DNA of 64,000 bases from an uncultured Geobacter sp. (GCA_903902855.1 CAIUWK010000095.1:5887-69886), one strand, 5' to 3'; shown: positions 36,219-46,501, numbered from the stretch's first letter. Numbers and translations are program-made. The notes: generated by a model from the sequence alone, not told the origin.

Positions 36219-36899
36219 AAAATCCTCCTTGAGTTGTTTCCCGTCACGAGTGGCGGGGGTGAGTGATAACTGCGTCCTGTATTGAGAAATACGTGAGGCG
36301 TGGCGGCGGGATATTGTAAACTTAGAGTCTAAATACTGTAAAACGCAAACTACTGTCAAGTAATTTTTTTGTATCAAAAGAGTAAAAAAAGTTCTTTATT
36401 CGGCAGGTTAAGCACGAAATTGCATGACTCACCAACACCAGGATCTGCGTATATATTAACACCTGCATATCTGTATTATATTTTTTACAAAATTAAGAGC
36501 TAAACTTCAGTCGAATGGCGTGCACATCGCTATAACATACTATAATTGCTTAAAAAATATTTCACAGTGCAATGATGTATTTTACAGCTCAGTGAATAGT
36601 GTAAGGATCTGACGCGACACCGTTATTCAGTGATTTTTTTGTTATTCTGATATCAGAAAACAACAGTAACTCGTCGTTCCTTTTATTTGCATATCGCTGA
36701 ATCGGAATAATCACACGATTGACTAGAATGCCAAGCCTCATTTTTTTTAAAGGGCGAAGACGATTTTGTCGGGAAAACAGTCATGGCTCTGTTCAGTTTT
36801 CTCTACACATGGTATGGTCTCACCACTGCTGTGATGCTCCTCTGCAGCGGGATTGAGTGAATCCCCCGTATCCCGCCGAGCGGATAAAAAGGAATTTCA

Positions 36900-39074
36900 A
36901 TGAGTCACCTGTTCGAATATTTCATCACCGCCCCCCGCAGCGCCGAATATCTCCTGGCCGCCGAACTCTTGGCGCTGAATGCCTCGCATATCAGAGAGTC
37001 CCATGCCGGAGTCTTCTGCTCCGGCCCCCTGGAGCTGGGATACCGGATCTGCCTCTGGTCCCGCATCGCCGGACGGGTATTTCTGACGTTGACCCGGTTT
37101 CCCGCGGAAAGTCCCGACGAGCTCTACCAAGGGATTCTCACCGTGCCGTGGGACGACCACCTCCTCCCCGAAGGGACCCTGGCCGTGGATTTTGCCGGAG
37201 GCTCTGCTCTCATCACCGACACCCGTTTCGGCGCGGTGAAGGTGAAAGACGCCATCGTGGATCAGTTCCGTGACCGGTACGGAGTCCGCCCTTCGGTGGC
37301 CCGGGACCGGCCGGATCTCCAGGTGGCTGTCCGGCTCCATAAAGGGGTGGCGACGGTGAGCCTCGACCTTTCCGGGGAAAGCCTGCACCGCCGGGGATAT
37401 CGCCAGGAGAAGGGGGAGGCTCCGGTGAAGGAGAACCTGGCCGCAGCCATCCTCCAGCGCGCCGGCTGGCCGGAACTGGCAAAGAGCGGCGCACCGCTGT
37501 TGGACCCCATGTGCGGCTCCGGCACCTTTCCCATCGAAGCGGCCCTCATGGCCACGGACACCGCGCCAGGACTCTTTCGGGAGTATTTCGGCTTTCTGGG
37601 GTGGATGCGCCACGATGCCGGGCTCTGGGCGGAGGTGCGGAGAGAGGCCAAGCAACGGTGGGATGTGGGGTTGAACCGGACAATGGACATCGCCGGGTAC
37701 GACCGGGACGAAAAGGCGCTGGGAATGGCCCGCTCCAATGCGGAACGGGCCGGTCTGGCGGGGGTCATCCGGTTCGAGCGGAGGGAGATCGGTGAGGCGC
37801 GTCCCACTGTTTTCGAAGGCCCTCCGGGACTCGTGGTGATCAACCCTCCCTACGGCGAACGGCTGGGACGGGGGGAAGATCTCGCCCGTCTCTACACCCG
37901 TCTGGGTGAAGTACTCAAGGGGGAGTTTCGCGGCTGGAGCGCCGCCCTTCTTACCGGGGTCGAACAGCGGCACCCCATCGGACTCAAGCCCCGCAAGGTG
38001 ACCACGCTCTACAACGGCGCACTGGAATGCACCCTCTCCCTCTTCGATATCGCGGCGCAGGATACCTCCCGCCGGAAAGAGCCGGGCGCCCCCCCTGTTC
38101 CTCTCATACCCCTCACCCCCGGTGGCGAAGCTTTTACCAACCGGCTCCGGAAGAACCTGGCCAACCTGGAGAAGTGGGGCGCCCGGGCAGAGGTGACCTG
38201 CTACCGGCTCTACGATGCAGACCTCCCCGATTACAACCTGGTGGTTGACCTCTACTCCGGCGAACGGCTCTTCGCCCACGTTCAGGAGTATGAAGCCCCC
38301 CGCTCCATCGACCCTGCCGACGCCGACCGGCGGCTTCGAGAGGCGCTGGAGATCATCCCTGCCGTCCTGGGAATCCCCGCGGATCAGCTCTTCGTCAAGG
38401 TCCGCCGCCGTCAGAAGGGGAGCAGCCAGTATACCCGGCTGGCGACAACCGGAACCTTTCACCAAGTGCAGGATGGGCCCTGCCGGTTCCTGGTGAACTT
38501 CACCGACTATCTGGATACCGGCCTCTTCCTGGATCACCGCCCCACCCGGGAACTCCTCCGGAGCCTCGCTTCCGGCAAGCGATTTCTCAATCTCTTCGGT
38601 TACACCGGTGCGGCCACGGTGCATGCCGCAGCGGGAGGCGCCACTGCCACCACCACCGTGGACCTCTCCTCCACCTATCTGGAGTGGGCCCGACGGAATC
38701 TGGAGCTAAACGGCTTCGGCGAAAGCGAGCACGAACTGATCCGTGCCGACTGCCGGGAGTGGCTGGAGCAGACGGCCCGGCAAGGGAAGCAACGGTGGGG
38801 GCTCATCTTCCTGGACCCCCCGGCATTTTCCAACTCCAAGCGAATGGAAGGGACCTTCGATGTTCAGCGGGACCACGCAACGCTCATCCGCCTGGCGTCC
38901 CGGCTGCTGGAACCGGACGGCATCCTGATCTTCTCCACGAACCTGCGCAACTTCACCATGGAGCGGGAGGCGCTTTCCGGTCTCATCCTGGAAGAGCTCA
39001 CCAGCCGGACCGTCCCTTACGATTTCCGGCGCACCCCCCGGATCCACTCCTGCTGGCGGATCACGCTGCCATGA
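36900..39074 (+). CDS. rlmL: Bifunctional 23S rRNA methyltransferase RlmKL (THUMP + two SAM-MTase domains)
   Basis: This 724-aa protein has an N-terminus (MSHLFEYFITAPRSAEYLLAAEL) and motifs DPMCGSGT, INPPYGERL and FLDPPAFSNSK, which are typical of RlmL/RlmK fusions. Confidence 0.85.
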   Translation: MSHLFEYFITAPRSAEYLLAAELLALNASHIRESHAGVFCSGPLELGYRICLWSRIAGRVFLTLTRFPAESPDELYQGILTVPWDDHLLPEGTLAVDFAGGSALITDTRFGAVKVKDAIVDQFRDRYGVRPSVARDRPDLQVAVRLHKGVATVSLDLSGESLHRRGYRQEKGEAPVKENLAAAILQRAGWPELAKSGAPLLDPMCGSGTFPIEAALMATDTAPGLFREYFGFLGWMRHDAGLWAEVRREAKQRWDVGLNRTMDIAGYDRDEKALGMARSNAERAGLAGVIRFERREIGEARPTVFEGPPGLVVINPPYGERLGRGEDLARLYTRLGEVLKGEFRGWSAALLTGVEQRHPIGLKPRKVTTLYNGALECTLSLFDIAAQDTSRRKEPGAPPVPLIPLTPGGEAFTNRLRKNLANLEKWGARAEVTCYRLYDADLPDYNLVVDLYSGERLFAHVQEYEAPRSIDPADADRRLREALEIIPAVLGIPADQLFVKVRRRQKGSSQYTRLATTGTFHQVQDGPCRFLVNFTDYLDTGLFLDHRPTRELLRSLASGKRFLNLFGYTGAATVHAAAGGATATTTVDLSSTYLEWARRNLELNGFGESEHELIRADCREWLEQTARQGKQRWGLIFLDPPAFSNSKRMEGTFDVQRDHATLIRLASRLLEPDGILIFSTNLRNFTMEREALSGLILEELTSRTVPYDFRRTPRIHSCWRITLP

Positions 39075-40365
39075 ATGTTGACGCAGCAGCAGCCACCAAC
39101 TCCCGAACGGAACTCCTGAAGGAAAACGAACAGCTTCGTCTCCGTCTGGAAGAGGCGGAAACGGCTCTGCGCGCCATGGGGAAGAGGCGGATGGCCGCCG
39201 ACGTGGTCGCCGCGCCTTCGGGGGAGATCGACACCCTGAGGCAGACGGAGCAGAGAGGCCCACCTCAACGAAGCCCAGCGGCTGGCCCAAATGGGCTCTT
39301 GGCAGCGTGACTACGTCAAAAACACCCTTACCTGGTCCGATGGCATGTACCTGATCAGCGAGTTGACCCAGGAGGAGTTCAACGACAACTTCGACAACTA
39401 CCTGAACATAGTCCATCCCGACGACCGGGAACTTCTCCTCCGGACGGCCCAGGAGGCCCATTCCGCTCAGCTCCCCTACGACCTGGAATATCGTCTGATC
39501 ATGCCCGACGCCGGAATCAAATGGGTGCACTCCCGGGCCACCGCCAGCTATGATGAGAATGGCATCCCCCTCATCATGACCGGCATCCATCGGGACATCA
39601 CCGACCGGAAGCAGGCCGAAGCGGAGCTTTCTCGTACCAAAGGGCTCAGAAACCTCATCATCGATGCCGTGCCGGCCTACATCTCCTATGTGGACCGGGA
39701 GTGCCGGTACCAGCTGGTAAACCGGCGCTACGAAGAGCTGACAGGGTTGAGTGTTAAAAACATCCGCGGCCGTCTTGTCCGTGACATACTCGGTGAAATT
39801 GCTTGGGCGGAAGCCTCCCCCTACGTGGATCGGGTCCTGGCAGGAGAAGAGGTCACCTATGAGACCAAATTTACCGGAGTTGACGGGAAGCTCCGGACGC
39901 TCCAGGTGTTTCATACCCCTGATCGTGGTCCGGACGGAGAGGTACTGGGGTCTGTGGTTCTGGTCCATGACATAACCGAAAAGAAGAAAACGGAACAGAC
40001 GCTCCAGAGCTACAGTCGACGCCTGATCGATCTGGAAGAGGAGGTGCGGAAAGATCTCGCCGCCGAGTTGCACGACGAACTGGGGCCCGATCTGACGGCG
40101 CTGAACTTCACTCTGGCGCTCATCAACAACGACACGACGGAACCGGGAGGACGTCTCTCCTTACTGATGGCCGATGCGACGCAACTGGTGGACGACATGA
40201 GCGGCAAGGTAAGAAATATCATCGCCCGCCTGCAACCCCCCGTACTCTCCCATCATGAAAATGCGGGCGGAAATGCTGGGAGGGAGCTTCCGCCTGAGAA
40301 CAGCCCCCGGCAGGGGAACCGTGATCCATCTGACCTTACCCAAGGAGGAGATCCATGCCGATTAA
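39071..40365 (+). pseudogene. PAS-PAS-HisKA_3 sensor histidine kinase, disrupted (5' frameshift; most of the HATPase_c domain deleted, with a frameshift)
   Basis: Three frames are involved. Frame A, 39071-39310, encodes a coiled coil (MNVD...LRLRLEEAETALRA). Frame B, from about 39260, encodes EAHLNEAQRLAQMGSW, two PAS domains and an H-box (LAAELHDELGPDLTAL), reaching LQPPVL at about 40245. Frame C, 40255-40365, encodes only the HATPase tail (MRAEMLGGSFRLRTAPGRGTVIHLTLP). The N and G1 boxes are absent. Confidence 0.7.
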
Positions 40366-40990
40366 CGTCCTCATCGCCGACGATCATGCCATCGTACGGG
40401 TCGGGCTCCGGAAAATTCTGGAGACACAGCCAGATATCGTCGTCACCGGTGAAGCGGCGGACGGTGGTGAGGCCATTGCCCTCTCCGGAAAGATCCTCTG
40501 CGACGTCATCATCATGGATATCGCCATGCCCGGAATGAGCGGGATCGACGCCCTCCAGAGCATCAGGACACTACTCCCCCAGATCAGGATCATCATCCTC
40601 TCCATGCACGACGAATCCGAGTACGTCTATCGTGCGTTCCAGGCAGGGGCCTCCGGGTATCTCCTCAAGGGAGTGGCGGGGGATGAGGTCGTTACCGCGC
40701 TCCGGAAAGTCTTGCAGGGGGAGATATACATCGGTAAGGGGGTGGAGCCGTTGCTTCATGCCGAGCACTCCTTTGTGGAAAACCCCCTGGCTCATCTCAG
40801 CAGCCGGGAAAAAGAGGTATTGAAACTGGTGGTCGAGGGGAAATCCAGCATGGAAATTGCCGATCTCCTCTCCCTTGCCGATAACACCCCAGATGTGTAT
40901 CGCATTAGAATCATGAAGAAACTCGGTCTGAAGAATACAGCCTCCTTGGTCAAGTTCGCCCTTCAGCACGGGATCGACTCGCTGAAATGA
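40355..40990 (+). CDS. NarL/FixJ-family response regulator (REC + LuxR-type HTH)
   Basis: INVLIADDH...IIMDIAMPGMSG is the REC domain with the acidic pocket and phospho-Asp. LSSREKEVLKLVVEGKSSMEIADLL is the LuxR HTH. Confidence 0.85.
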   Translation: MPINVLIADDHAIVRVGLRKILETQPDIVVTGEAADGGEAIALSGKILCDVIIMDIAMPGMSGIDALQSIRTLLPQIRIIILSMHDESEYVYRAFQAGASGYLLKGVAGDEVVTALRKVLQGEIYIGKGVEPLLHAEHSFVENPLAHLSSREKEVLKLVVEGKSSMEIADLLSLADNTPDVYRIRIMKKLGLKNTASLVKFALQHGIDSLK

Positions 40991-41134
40991 CCCTTTGCGC
41001 CACCGGTCCGGGAGTGCCGCGGCAAAACAGCTCTTGAAACAACGGTCGTTGATGGAATATACTAACCAGCTAATTGTCGGAGCCCCTCTCAAGGAGGCGC
41101 CACTCCCCGATTGCGAACAACTTCAGGAGATATT

Positions 41135-42316
41135 GTGCCGGACGAGATTTCACCCCTCCAGAGCATTATTCATGATCGTATCCGAGCCCAGGGACGTATC
41201 CCCTTTGCCGACTACATGGCCGCCTGCCTCTACGAGCCCGGGCTTGGCTACTACACCTCGCCGGGGCGCAAGGTGGGGGCCGAGGGAGATTTTTACACCA
41301 GCAGTAACGTCCATGCGCTCTTCGGCCGACTCATTGCCCGGGAGATCGTCCGGATGGACGAACTGCTAGGCTCGCCCCAACGGTTCGACCTGGTGGAGGT
41401 GGGAGCGGGAAACGGCCGACTGGCCCGGGATATCCTGGATTACCTCTGCACCGAGAGTCCCGCTCTCTATGGCCGATTGGCCTGCCGTCTCATGGAGGCT
41501 GAGCCGACACTCCGGACCATTCAGGAGGAGCTGCTGGGAGAGCACGCCCCCCGAATCTCCTGGAGCACTCCTGAAGAGCTCACTTGCGGCAACCTTTCCC
41601 TTACCGGCTGCATCTACTCCAATGAACTGATCGACTCTTTCCCGGTCCATCTGGTGGAAATGACCCCCGATGCTCTTCGGGAGATTTATGTCACCCTTCG
41701 GGAAGGTGAACTGGCCGAGGAGTCGGGCGAACCTTCCACCCCGGAACTGGCCTCCTATCTGAAACGGATCAACATCACCCTCGTGGAGGGGAAACGGGCC
41801 GAGATTAATCTTGCGGCCCCTCGCTGGCTGGCCGCCGTGGCCGCATCGCTGGAGAGAGGCTTTCTCCTCACCGTGGATTACGGCTACGAGGCCATGGATC
41901 TCTTCTCACCGGCACGACTAGGGGGGACGCTCCTCTGCTACCACCGACACCAGGTGGAGGAGAGCCCCTATCTCCGCCCGGGCGAACAAGACATCACCTC
42001 CCACGTGGACTTCACAACCCTCATGAAGTGTGGTCAGGAGGCTGGGCTGGCAACGGTCTGGTTCGGCGAGCAGTACCGTTTCCTCATGGCGGTGGGGTTC
42101 ATGGAAGAGATGATGCGGCTGGAGAGTTCGAACATCCCGCCGGAGGAGAAGCTGAAGGCCCGACTGCTCATGAAAAAACTGATTCTCCCCGAGGGGGGGA
42201 TGGGGGACACCTTCAGGGTGCTGGTCCAGGCCAAGGGGATGGATAATCCCGGGCTTCGCTGCATGAACGACTGGACGAAAACCGGGGACCGGGGACCGGG
42301 GAGTGGGGACCGGTGA
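41135..42316 (+). CDS. SAM-dependent methyltransferase, MidA/NDUFAF7 (DUF185) family
   Basis: It carries IPFADYMAACLYEPGLGYYT...GDFYTSSNVHALFG...LVEVGAGNGRLA. The start is chosen at the GTG at 41135 after an AGGAG SD. The track ORF starts at the TTG at 41111. Confidence 0.7.
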   Translation: MPDEISPLQSIIHDRIRAQGRIPFADYMAACLYEPGLGYYTSPGRKVGAEGDFYTSSNVHALFGRLIAREIVRMDELLGSPQRFDLVEVGAGNGRLARDILDYLCTESPALYGRLACRLMEAEPTLRTIQEELLGEHAPRISWSTPEELTCGNLSLTGCIYSNELIDSFPVHLVEMTPDALREIYVTLREGELAEESGEPSTPELASYLKRINITLVEGKRAEINLAAPRWLAAVAASLERGFLLTVDYGYEAMDLFSPARLGGTLLCYHRHQVEESPYLRPGEQDITSHVDFTTLMKCGQEAGLATVWFGEQYRFLMAVGFMEEMMRLESSNIPPEEKLKARLLMKKLILPEGGMGDTFRVLVQAKGMDNPGLRCMNDWTKTGDRGPGSGDR

Positions 42317-42945
42317 TTCAGATTCGCGCCATCATCTTCGATCTGGACGGGACCCTCTACGTCAATCGGGAGCTTGGTCAAGAGGTCCATCTGTCGGCCT
42401 GCCGCACCATTGCCCGACATCATGGCATCAGTGACGAAGAGGCCGGGAAACTGCTCCGGCAGACCAAGGAGCATCTTTCAAGAGAGTCCGGCTTCCCGAT
42501 ATCTCTCACCCGCTCCTGCCAAGAGCTGGGAATCGACATTCGGGAACTGCACCGCCGGTTCTGCCAAGAGATCTCCCCCGAAAAATTCCTGACCCGGGAC
42601 GAACGGGTGGTGGCGCTCCTGAAACGCCTGGGCTCAAAGCATGAGCTTTATCTCTACACGAACAACAATGGCTGTCTCACCTCCCGAATCATGGGGCTTT
42701 TGGGCATCGACGGGATGTTCCGACGAATCTTCTCCATCGAGGATTTCTGGCGTCCCAAGCCGGACCGGGAGATTCTGGAAAGCATTTTCACCGAAATCAG
42801 ACGCCCCCCCCAGGAGTGCCTCTTCGTGGGGGACCGCTACCCCATAGACCTGATGCTGCCGGAACAGATGGGAGCCCGGGTCTTCCTCTCCACCTCAGGG
42901 GAAGAACTGCTGAGAGTTGAAACCGTGATCGGGAACGCCTCGTGA
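42313..42945 (+). CDS. HAD-superfamily hydrolase
   Basis: IIFDLDGTLY is HAD motif I and FVGDRYPIDL is motif IV. The GTG start overlaps the upstream stop. Confidence 0.75.
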   Translation: MIQIRAIIFDLDGTLYVNRELGQEVHLSACRTIARHHGISDEEAGKLLRQTKEHLSRESGFPISLTRSCQELGIDIRELHRRFCQEISPEKFLTRDERVVALLKRLGSKHELYLYTNNNGCLTSRIMGLLGIDGMFRRIFSIEDFWRPKPDREILESIFTEIRRPPQECLFVGDRYPIDLMLPEQMGARVFLSTSGEELLRVETVIGNAS

Positions 42946-42970
42946 GCGAACAGACCAGGGAGAGACCGTC

Positions 42971-44371
42971 ATGGCGGTAAGAATTGAAAGCGATACCCTG
43001 GGGACGATGCAGGTCCCGACGGACGCCCTCTACGGAGCCCAGACCGCCCGGGCCGTGGCCAACTTTCCCATCTCGGGTCTAACGCCGTTCCCGGTCTTTG
43101 TCCGGGCCACGCTTCGCATCAAGAAGTGCGCGGCTCTGGCCAACATGGCCACGGGGAGGCTTGAATCAAGAATCGGCAACGCCATCGTGGCCGCGGCTGA
43201 AGAGGGGCTGTCAGGAAAACACGATAGACAGTTCGTGGTGGACCCGTTCCAGGCAGGTGCCGGCACCTCTCACAACATGAACGTCAACGAGGTTCTGGCC
43301 AACCGGGCCGACGAGCTCCTGGGAGGGGTGCGGGGAAGCGGCCTGATCAACGCCAACGACCAGGTCAACATGGCCCAGTCCACCAACGACGTGATCCCCA
43401 CCGCCATCCGTCTCGCCTCCCTGGAACTGCTGGACCGGCTCACGCCGGAACTGGAAAAACTCCGGGACGCCCTGGCCCGCAAGGGTGAGGAGTTCGACGG
43501 CATTCTCAAGTCGGGACGAACCCACCTCCAGGACGCGGTCCCCATCCGCCTGGGACAGGAGTTTGCGGCCCATGCCGCAACCGTTGACCGGGCCATCCGG
43601 GGGTTGGACGCCTGCCGCCCTGATCTCTGTGAGCTGGGGCTGGGTGGGACCGCCGTGGGGACCGGCCTCAACGCCGAAGAAGAGTACATCGACCTGGTGG
43701 TGGCGGAACTGGCCCGGGAAACCGGCCTACCGCTGTTTCGGACAACGAACCTGGTGGAGACCACCTTCAACATGGACCCCTTCGTGGCCCTCTCCGGGGC
43801 GCTCCGGAGGGTGGCGGTGGTTCTCGTCAAACTCTCCGGCGATCTCCGGCTCCTGGCCTCGGGACCACGCACCGGCTTGGACGAAATCACCCTGCCGGCG
43901 GTGCAACCGGGCTCCTCCATCATGCCGGGGAAGGTAAACCCGGTCATGGCGGAGATGATCAGCATGGTCGGCTTTCAGGTGATGGGGTGTGACACCACCG
44001 TGATGCTGGCGGCTCAGGCCGGACAACTGGAGTTGAACGTGATGATGCCGGTCATCGCCTTCAACCTCCTCTTCGCCCTGGAGATCCTGGCCAACGGGGT
44101 AGAGCGTTTCACCACCCTCTCCATCCAGGGGATCACCGCCAATGAGGCGCGCTGCCGGCGCTATCTTGACGAATCCCTTGGGATGGTGACTATTTTCGCC
44201 CCGTACATCGGCTACGCCGCAGCGGCCCTGGTGGCCAAGGAGTCGGCCGACTCCGGTCGAAGCATCCGGGAAATTATCCTGGAACAGGGGCACCTGTCGG
44301 AGGAAGAGGTTACCGCAATCCTCACGCCGTATCCGCTCACATCCCCCGGCATACCGGGAAGAACAGGGTAG
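42971..44371 (+). CDS. aspA: Aspartate ammonia-lyase / class II fumarase superfamily enzyme (aspartase-like)
   Basis: It carries the [12 protein letters not shown] signature. [20 protein letters not shown] resembles the aspartase-type GAGTS motif rather than the fumarase GSGTQ. Confidence 0.65.
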   Translation: MAVRIESDTLGTMQVPTDALYGAQTARAVANFPISGLTPFPVFVRATLRIKKCAALANMATGRLESRIGNAIVAAAEEGLSGKHDRQFVVDPFQAGAGTSHNMNVNEVLANRADELLGGVRGSGLINANDQVNMAQSTNDVIPTAIRLASLELLDRLTPELEKLRDALARKGEEFDGILKSGRTHLQDAVPIRLGQEFAAHAATVDRAIRGLDACRPDLCELGLGGTAVGTGLNAEEEYIDLVVAELARETGLPLFRTTNLVETTFNMDPFVALSGALRRVAVVLVKLSGDLRLLASGPRTGLDEITLPAVQPGSSIMPGKVNPVMAEMISMVGFQVMGCDTTVMLAAQAGQLELNVMMPVIAFNLLFALEILANGVERFTTLSIQGITANEARCRRYLDESLGMVTIFAPYIGYAAAALVAKESADSGRSIREIILEQGHLSEEEVTAILTPYPLTSPGIPGRTG

Positions 44372-44454
44372 GGGCAGGGCGCGCCGTGCCCCTACGAAAC
44401 CGGGTGAGGCACCGCCTCGCCCCACACACGCAGGACAATAAAAGGAGAGAGTCC

Positions 44455-44679
44455 ATGATCGAAGAAGTACAGAAAGCCCTTGAATTTATCCGTCCGGCCC
44501 TCCAGGCGGACGGCGGTGACGTCCAACTGATTGATGTCAGCGAAGATGGTATTGTCCAGGTCAAACTGACCGGGGCCTGCGGCCACTGCCCCATGTCCAC
44601 CATGACCCTGAAGATGGGAATCGAGCGGACTCTCAAGGAGAAGGTGCCGGGAGTCAAGGAAGTCGTGCAAGTCAAATAA
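44455..44679 (+). CDS. NifU C-terminal-domain (Nfu-like) Fe-S scaffold/carrier protein
   Basis: [48 protein letters not shown] carries the CxxC Nfu motif. The start follows an AAAGGAGAGAG SD. Confidence 0.8.
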   Translation: MIEEVQKALEFIRPALQADGGDVQLIDVSEDGIVQVKLTGACGHCPMSTMTLKMGIERTLKEKVPGVKEVVQVK

Positions 44680-44684
44680 AAACA

Positions 44685-44736
44685 GGTTCAAGGTTCAAGG
44701 TTCAAGGTTTTAACCCTGAACCCTGAACCTTGAACC
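44685..44736 (+). repeat. Hairpin built from tandem heptamers (GGTTCAA x3.5 and its complement); probable terminator/RNA-stability element
   Basis: The left arm is GGTTCAAGGTTCAAGGTTCAAGGTT (44685-44709) and the right arm is AACCCTGAACCCTGAACCTTGAACC (44712-44736). There are two A-C mismatches. It begins 6 nt after the nfu-like stop. Confidence 0.6.
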
Positions 44737-44842
44737 TCAGCTTTCAGGGGGAATTTTTATTCAACAACTTTACGGCAATCTGACCGGACTCAAGAAGAGC
44801 CAGATCAACGGGCTGGAGCGACTCTACCGCCGCCGTGTCCCG

Positions 44843-46501
44843 GTGGAGGAGGTCGTCAGCGACGAACTGGCATGGCGGATGGCCGAGCTCTCCCAGGAAA
44901 CCGGACGCCAGGTGGGGGCACTCATCGGTCGCTCCGGCGCCGTGGAGTACGTCATCGTGGGGGACGAGCGGAGCATTCTCATCCCGGAACTCTCCGATTT
45001 CCCCCTAGGGCGCAAGCTGCTCCGGGGGTTGCGCTTCGTTCATACCCACCTCCGGGGGGAGGAGCTCACCAGCGACGACCTCACCGACCTGTCGCTCCTT
45101 CGGCTGGACCTCATGGCCGCTCTCCTCCCCTCCCTGCACGGCCAGCGGCTGGAGATCCAGATCGCTCATATCGTGCCCCCCTCTACCCGGATCACCCACC
45201 CGTATACCGTGGAAAGGCCCCAATCCCTCAGCGCCTTTACCCTGGATTTCACGGCATTCATCAGCACCCTTGAAGGATCGCTGAAGGAGTCACGCCAGGA
45301 ATCACGGGAGGTCTCCGACGCGGTGGAACGGGGGATACTCATCTCAGTGACCACCCAAACCCTGCTGGAGGCCGAGGATTCCCTGGACGAGCTGCAGGAA
45401 TTGGCCCGCACCGCCGGGGTGTCGGTCCTGGACCGGGTCATCCAGCGGCAGAAGGCGATCAATCCCCGCTATCTCATGGGGGAGGGAAAGATCCGGGAAG
45501 TGGTAATCCGGGCACTCCAGCTGGGTGCGACCCTCCTCGTCTTCGACCAGGAACTCTCGCCGACCCAGGTCCGTTCCATCTCCCAGATAACGGAGCTGAA
45601 GGTCATTGACCGAAGCCAGCTCATCCTGGACATCTTCGCCCGCCGGGCCAAAAGCCTGGACGGCAAGGTTCAGGTGGAGCTGGCCCAGCTCAAGTACCTC
45701 CTCCCCCGGCTCTCGGGACGGGGGGTGCAGATGTCACGGCTCATGGGAGGGATCGGGGGGCGCGGCCCCGGCGAGACCAAGCTGGAGATCGACCGGCGAC
45801 GGATTCGCGACCGGATCGCCCGGCTGGAACGGGAACTGGAAGAGCTCTCCAAGGGGCGGCGGGAACGGCGACGCAAACGGGTCAAGGCCGGTGTCCCCAT
45901 CGTCTCCATCGTCGGCTACACCAATGCGGGGAAGTCCACCCTCCTCAACTCCCTGACCAAAAGCGAAGTTTTCACCGAGAACCTCCTCTTCGCCACCCTG
46001 GACACCGCCACCCGACGTCTCCGCTTCCCCCGTGAACGGGAGGTGATCATCACCGACACCGTCGGCTTCATCCGCTCCCTCCCCAAATCGCTCATGGGTG
46101 CCTTCAAGGCAACCCTGGAGGAGCTCCAGGACTCGGACCTCCTCATCCATGTGGTGGATGCCGCCAACCCCCGCTTTGAAGAGCAGATCAGCCAGGTGGA
46201 CACCATCTTGGAAGAGCTGGGGTTGGGGGAGAAACCGCGCCTCCTGGTCTACAACAAGAGCGATCTGGTTACCGCACTCCGGAAAAAAGACCCGGTCTCT
46301 TTCATCCGGGTCCGCCAGTCCGGGCGCCGCTACCGGGCCATCTCCGTCTCCGCCCTGGAGCGGACGACTCTCGAGCCGCTCCTGGTGGAACTGGAAAAGC
46401 TCTTCTGGGCCGGGGAGCAGGACCCTTGGCTGATCACCCAGGAAGAGTTCCCCGACGAAGAACAAGTAAACTATTCTGATTTTCACCACAGAGTGCACTG
46501 A
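44843..46501 (+). CDS. hflX: GTPase HflX
   Basis: It has G1 (GYTNAGKSTLLN), G3 (DTVGF) and G4 (NKSD) motifs, plus the HflX N-domain. The true start may lie upstream at about 44759 (see findings), because 28 coding-like in-frame codons precede the GTG. Confidence 0.8.
   Translation: MEEVVSDELAWRMAELSQETGRQVGALIGRSGAVEYVIVGDERSILIPELSDFPLGRKLLRGLRFVHTHLRGEELTSDDLTDLSLLRLDLMAALLPSLHGQRLEIQIAHIVPPSTRITHPYTVERPQSLSAFTLDFTAFISTLEGSLKESRQESREVSDAVERGILISVTTQTLLEAEDSLDELQELARTAGVSVLDRVIQRQKAINPRYLMGEGKIREVVIRALQLGATLLVFDQELSPTQVRSISQITELKVIDRSQLILDIFARRAKSLDGKVQVELAQLKYLLPRLSGRGVQMSRLMGGIGGRGPGETKLEIDRRRIRDRIARLERELEELSKGRRERRRKRVKAGVPIVSIVGYTNAGKSTLLNSLTKSEVFTENLLFATLDTATRRLRFPREREVIITDTVGFIRSLPKSLMGAFKATLEELQDSDLLIHVVDAANPRFEEQISQVDTILEELGLGEKPRLLVYNKSDLVTALRKKDPVSFIRVRQSGRRYRAISVSALERTTLEPLLVELEKLFWAGEQDPWLITQEEFPDEEQVNYSDFHHRVH

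Noticed and set aside
36783-36860. 25-codon hydrophobic mini-ORF (MALFSFLYTWYGLTTAVMLLCSGIE) upstream of rlmL
   Set aside because: It has only a weak SD-like sequence and no way to assess conservation from this window. It is too short to support as a feature.
36897-40073. Long minus-strand ORFs (575 aa and 455 aa) antisense to rlmL and the PAS kinase
   Set aside because: The plus-strand products have unmistakable family motifs. The antisense translations are low-complexity (G/P/R/E-rich). This is a common artefact of stop-codon-poor antisense frames at high GC.
39291-40538. Track ORF reading the kinase frame on through the response-regulator start
   Set aside because: After about 40250 the translation loses all kinase similarity (SHHENAGGNAGRELPPENS...). 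It overlaps the clearly genuine regulator gene in another frame and is read-through of a deletion junction.
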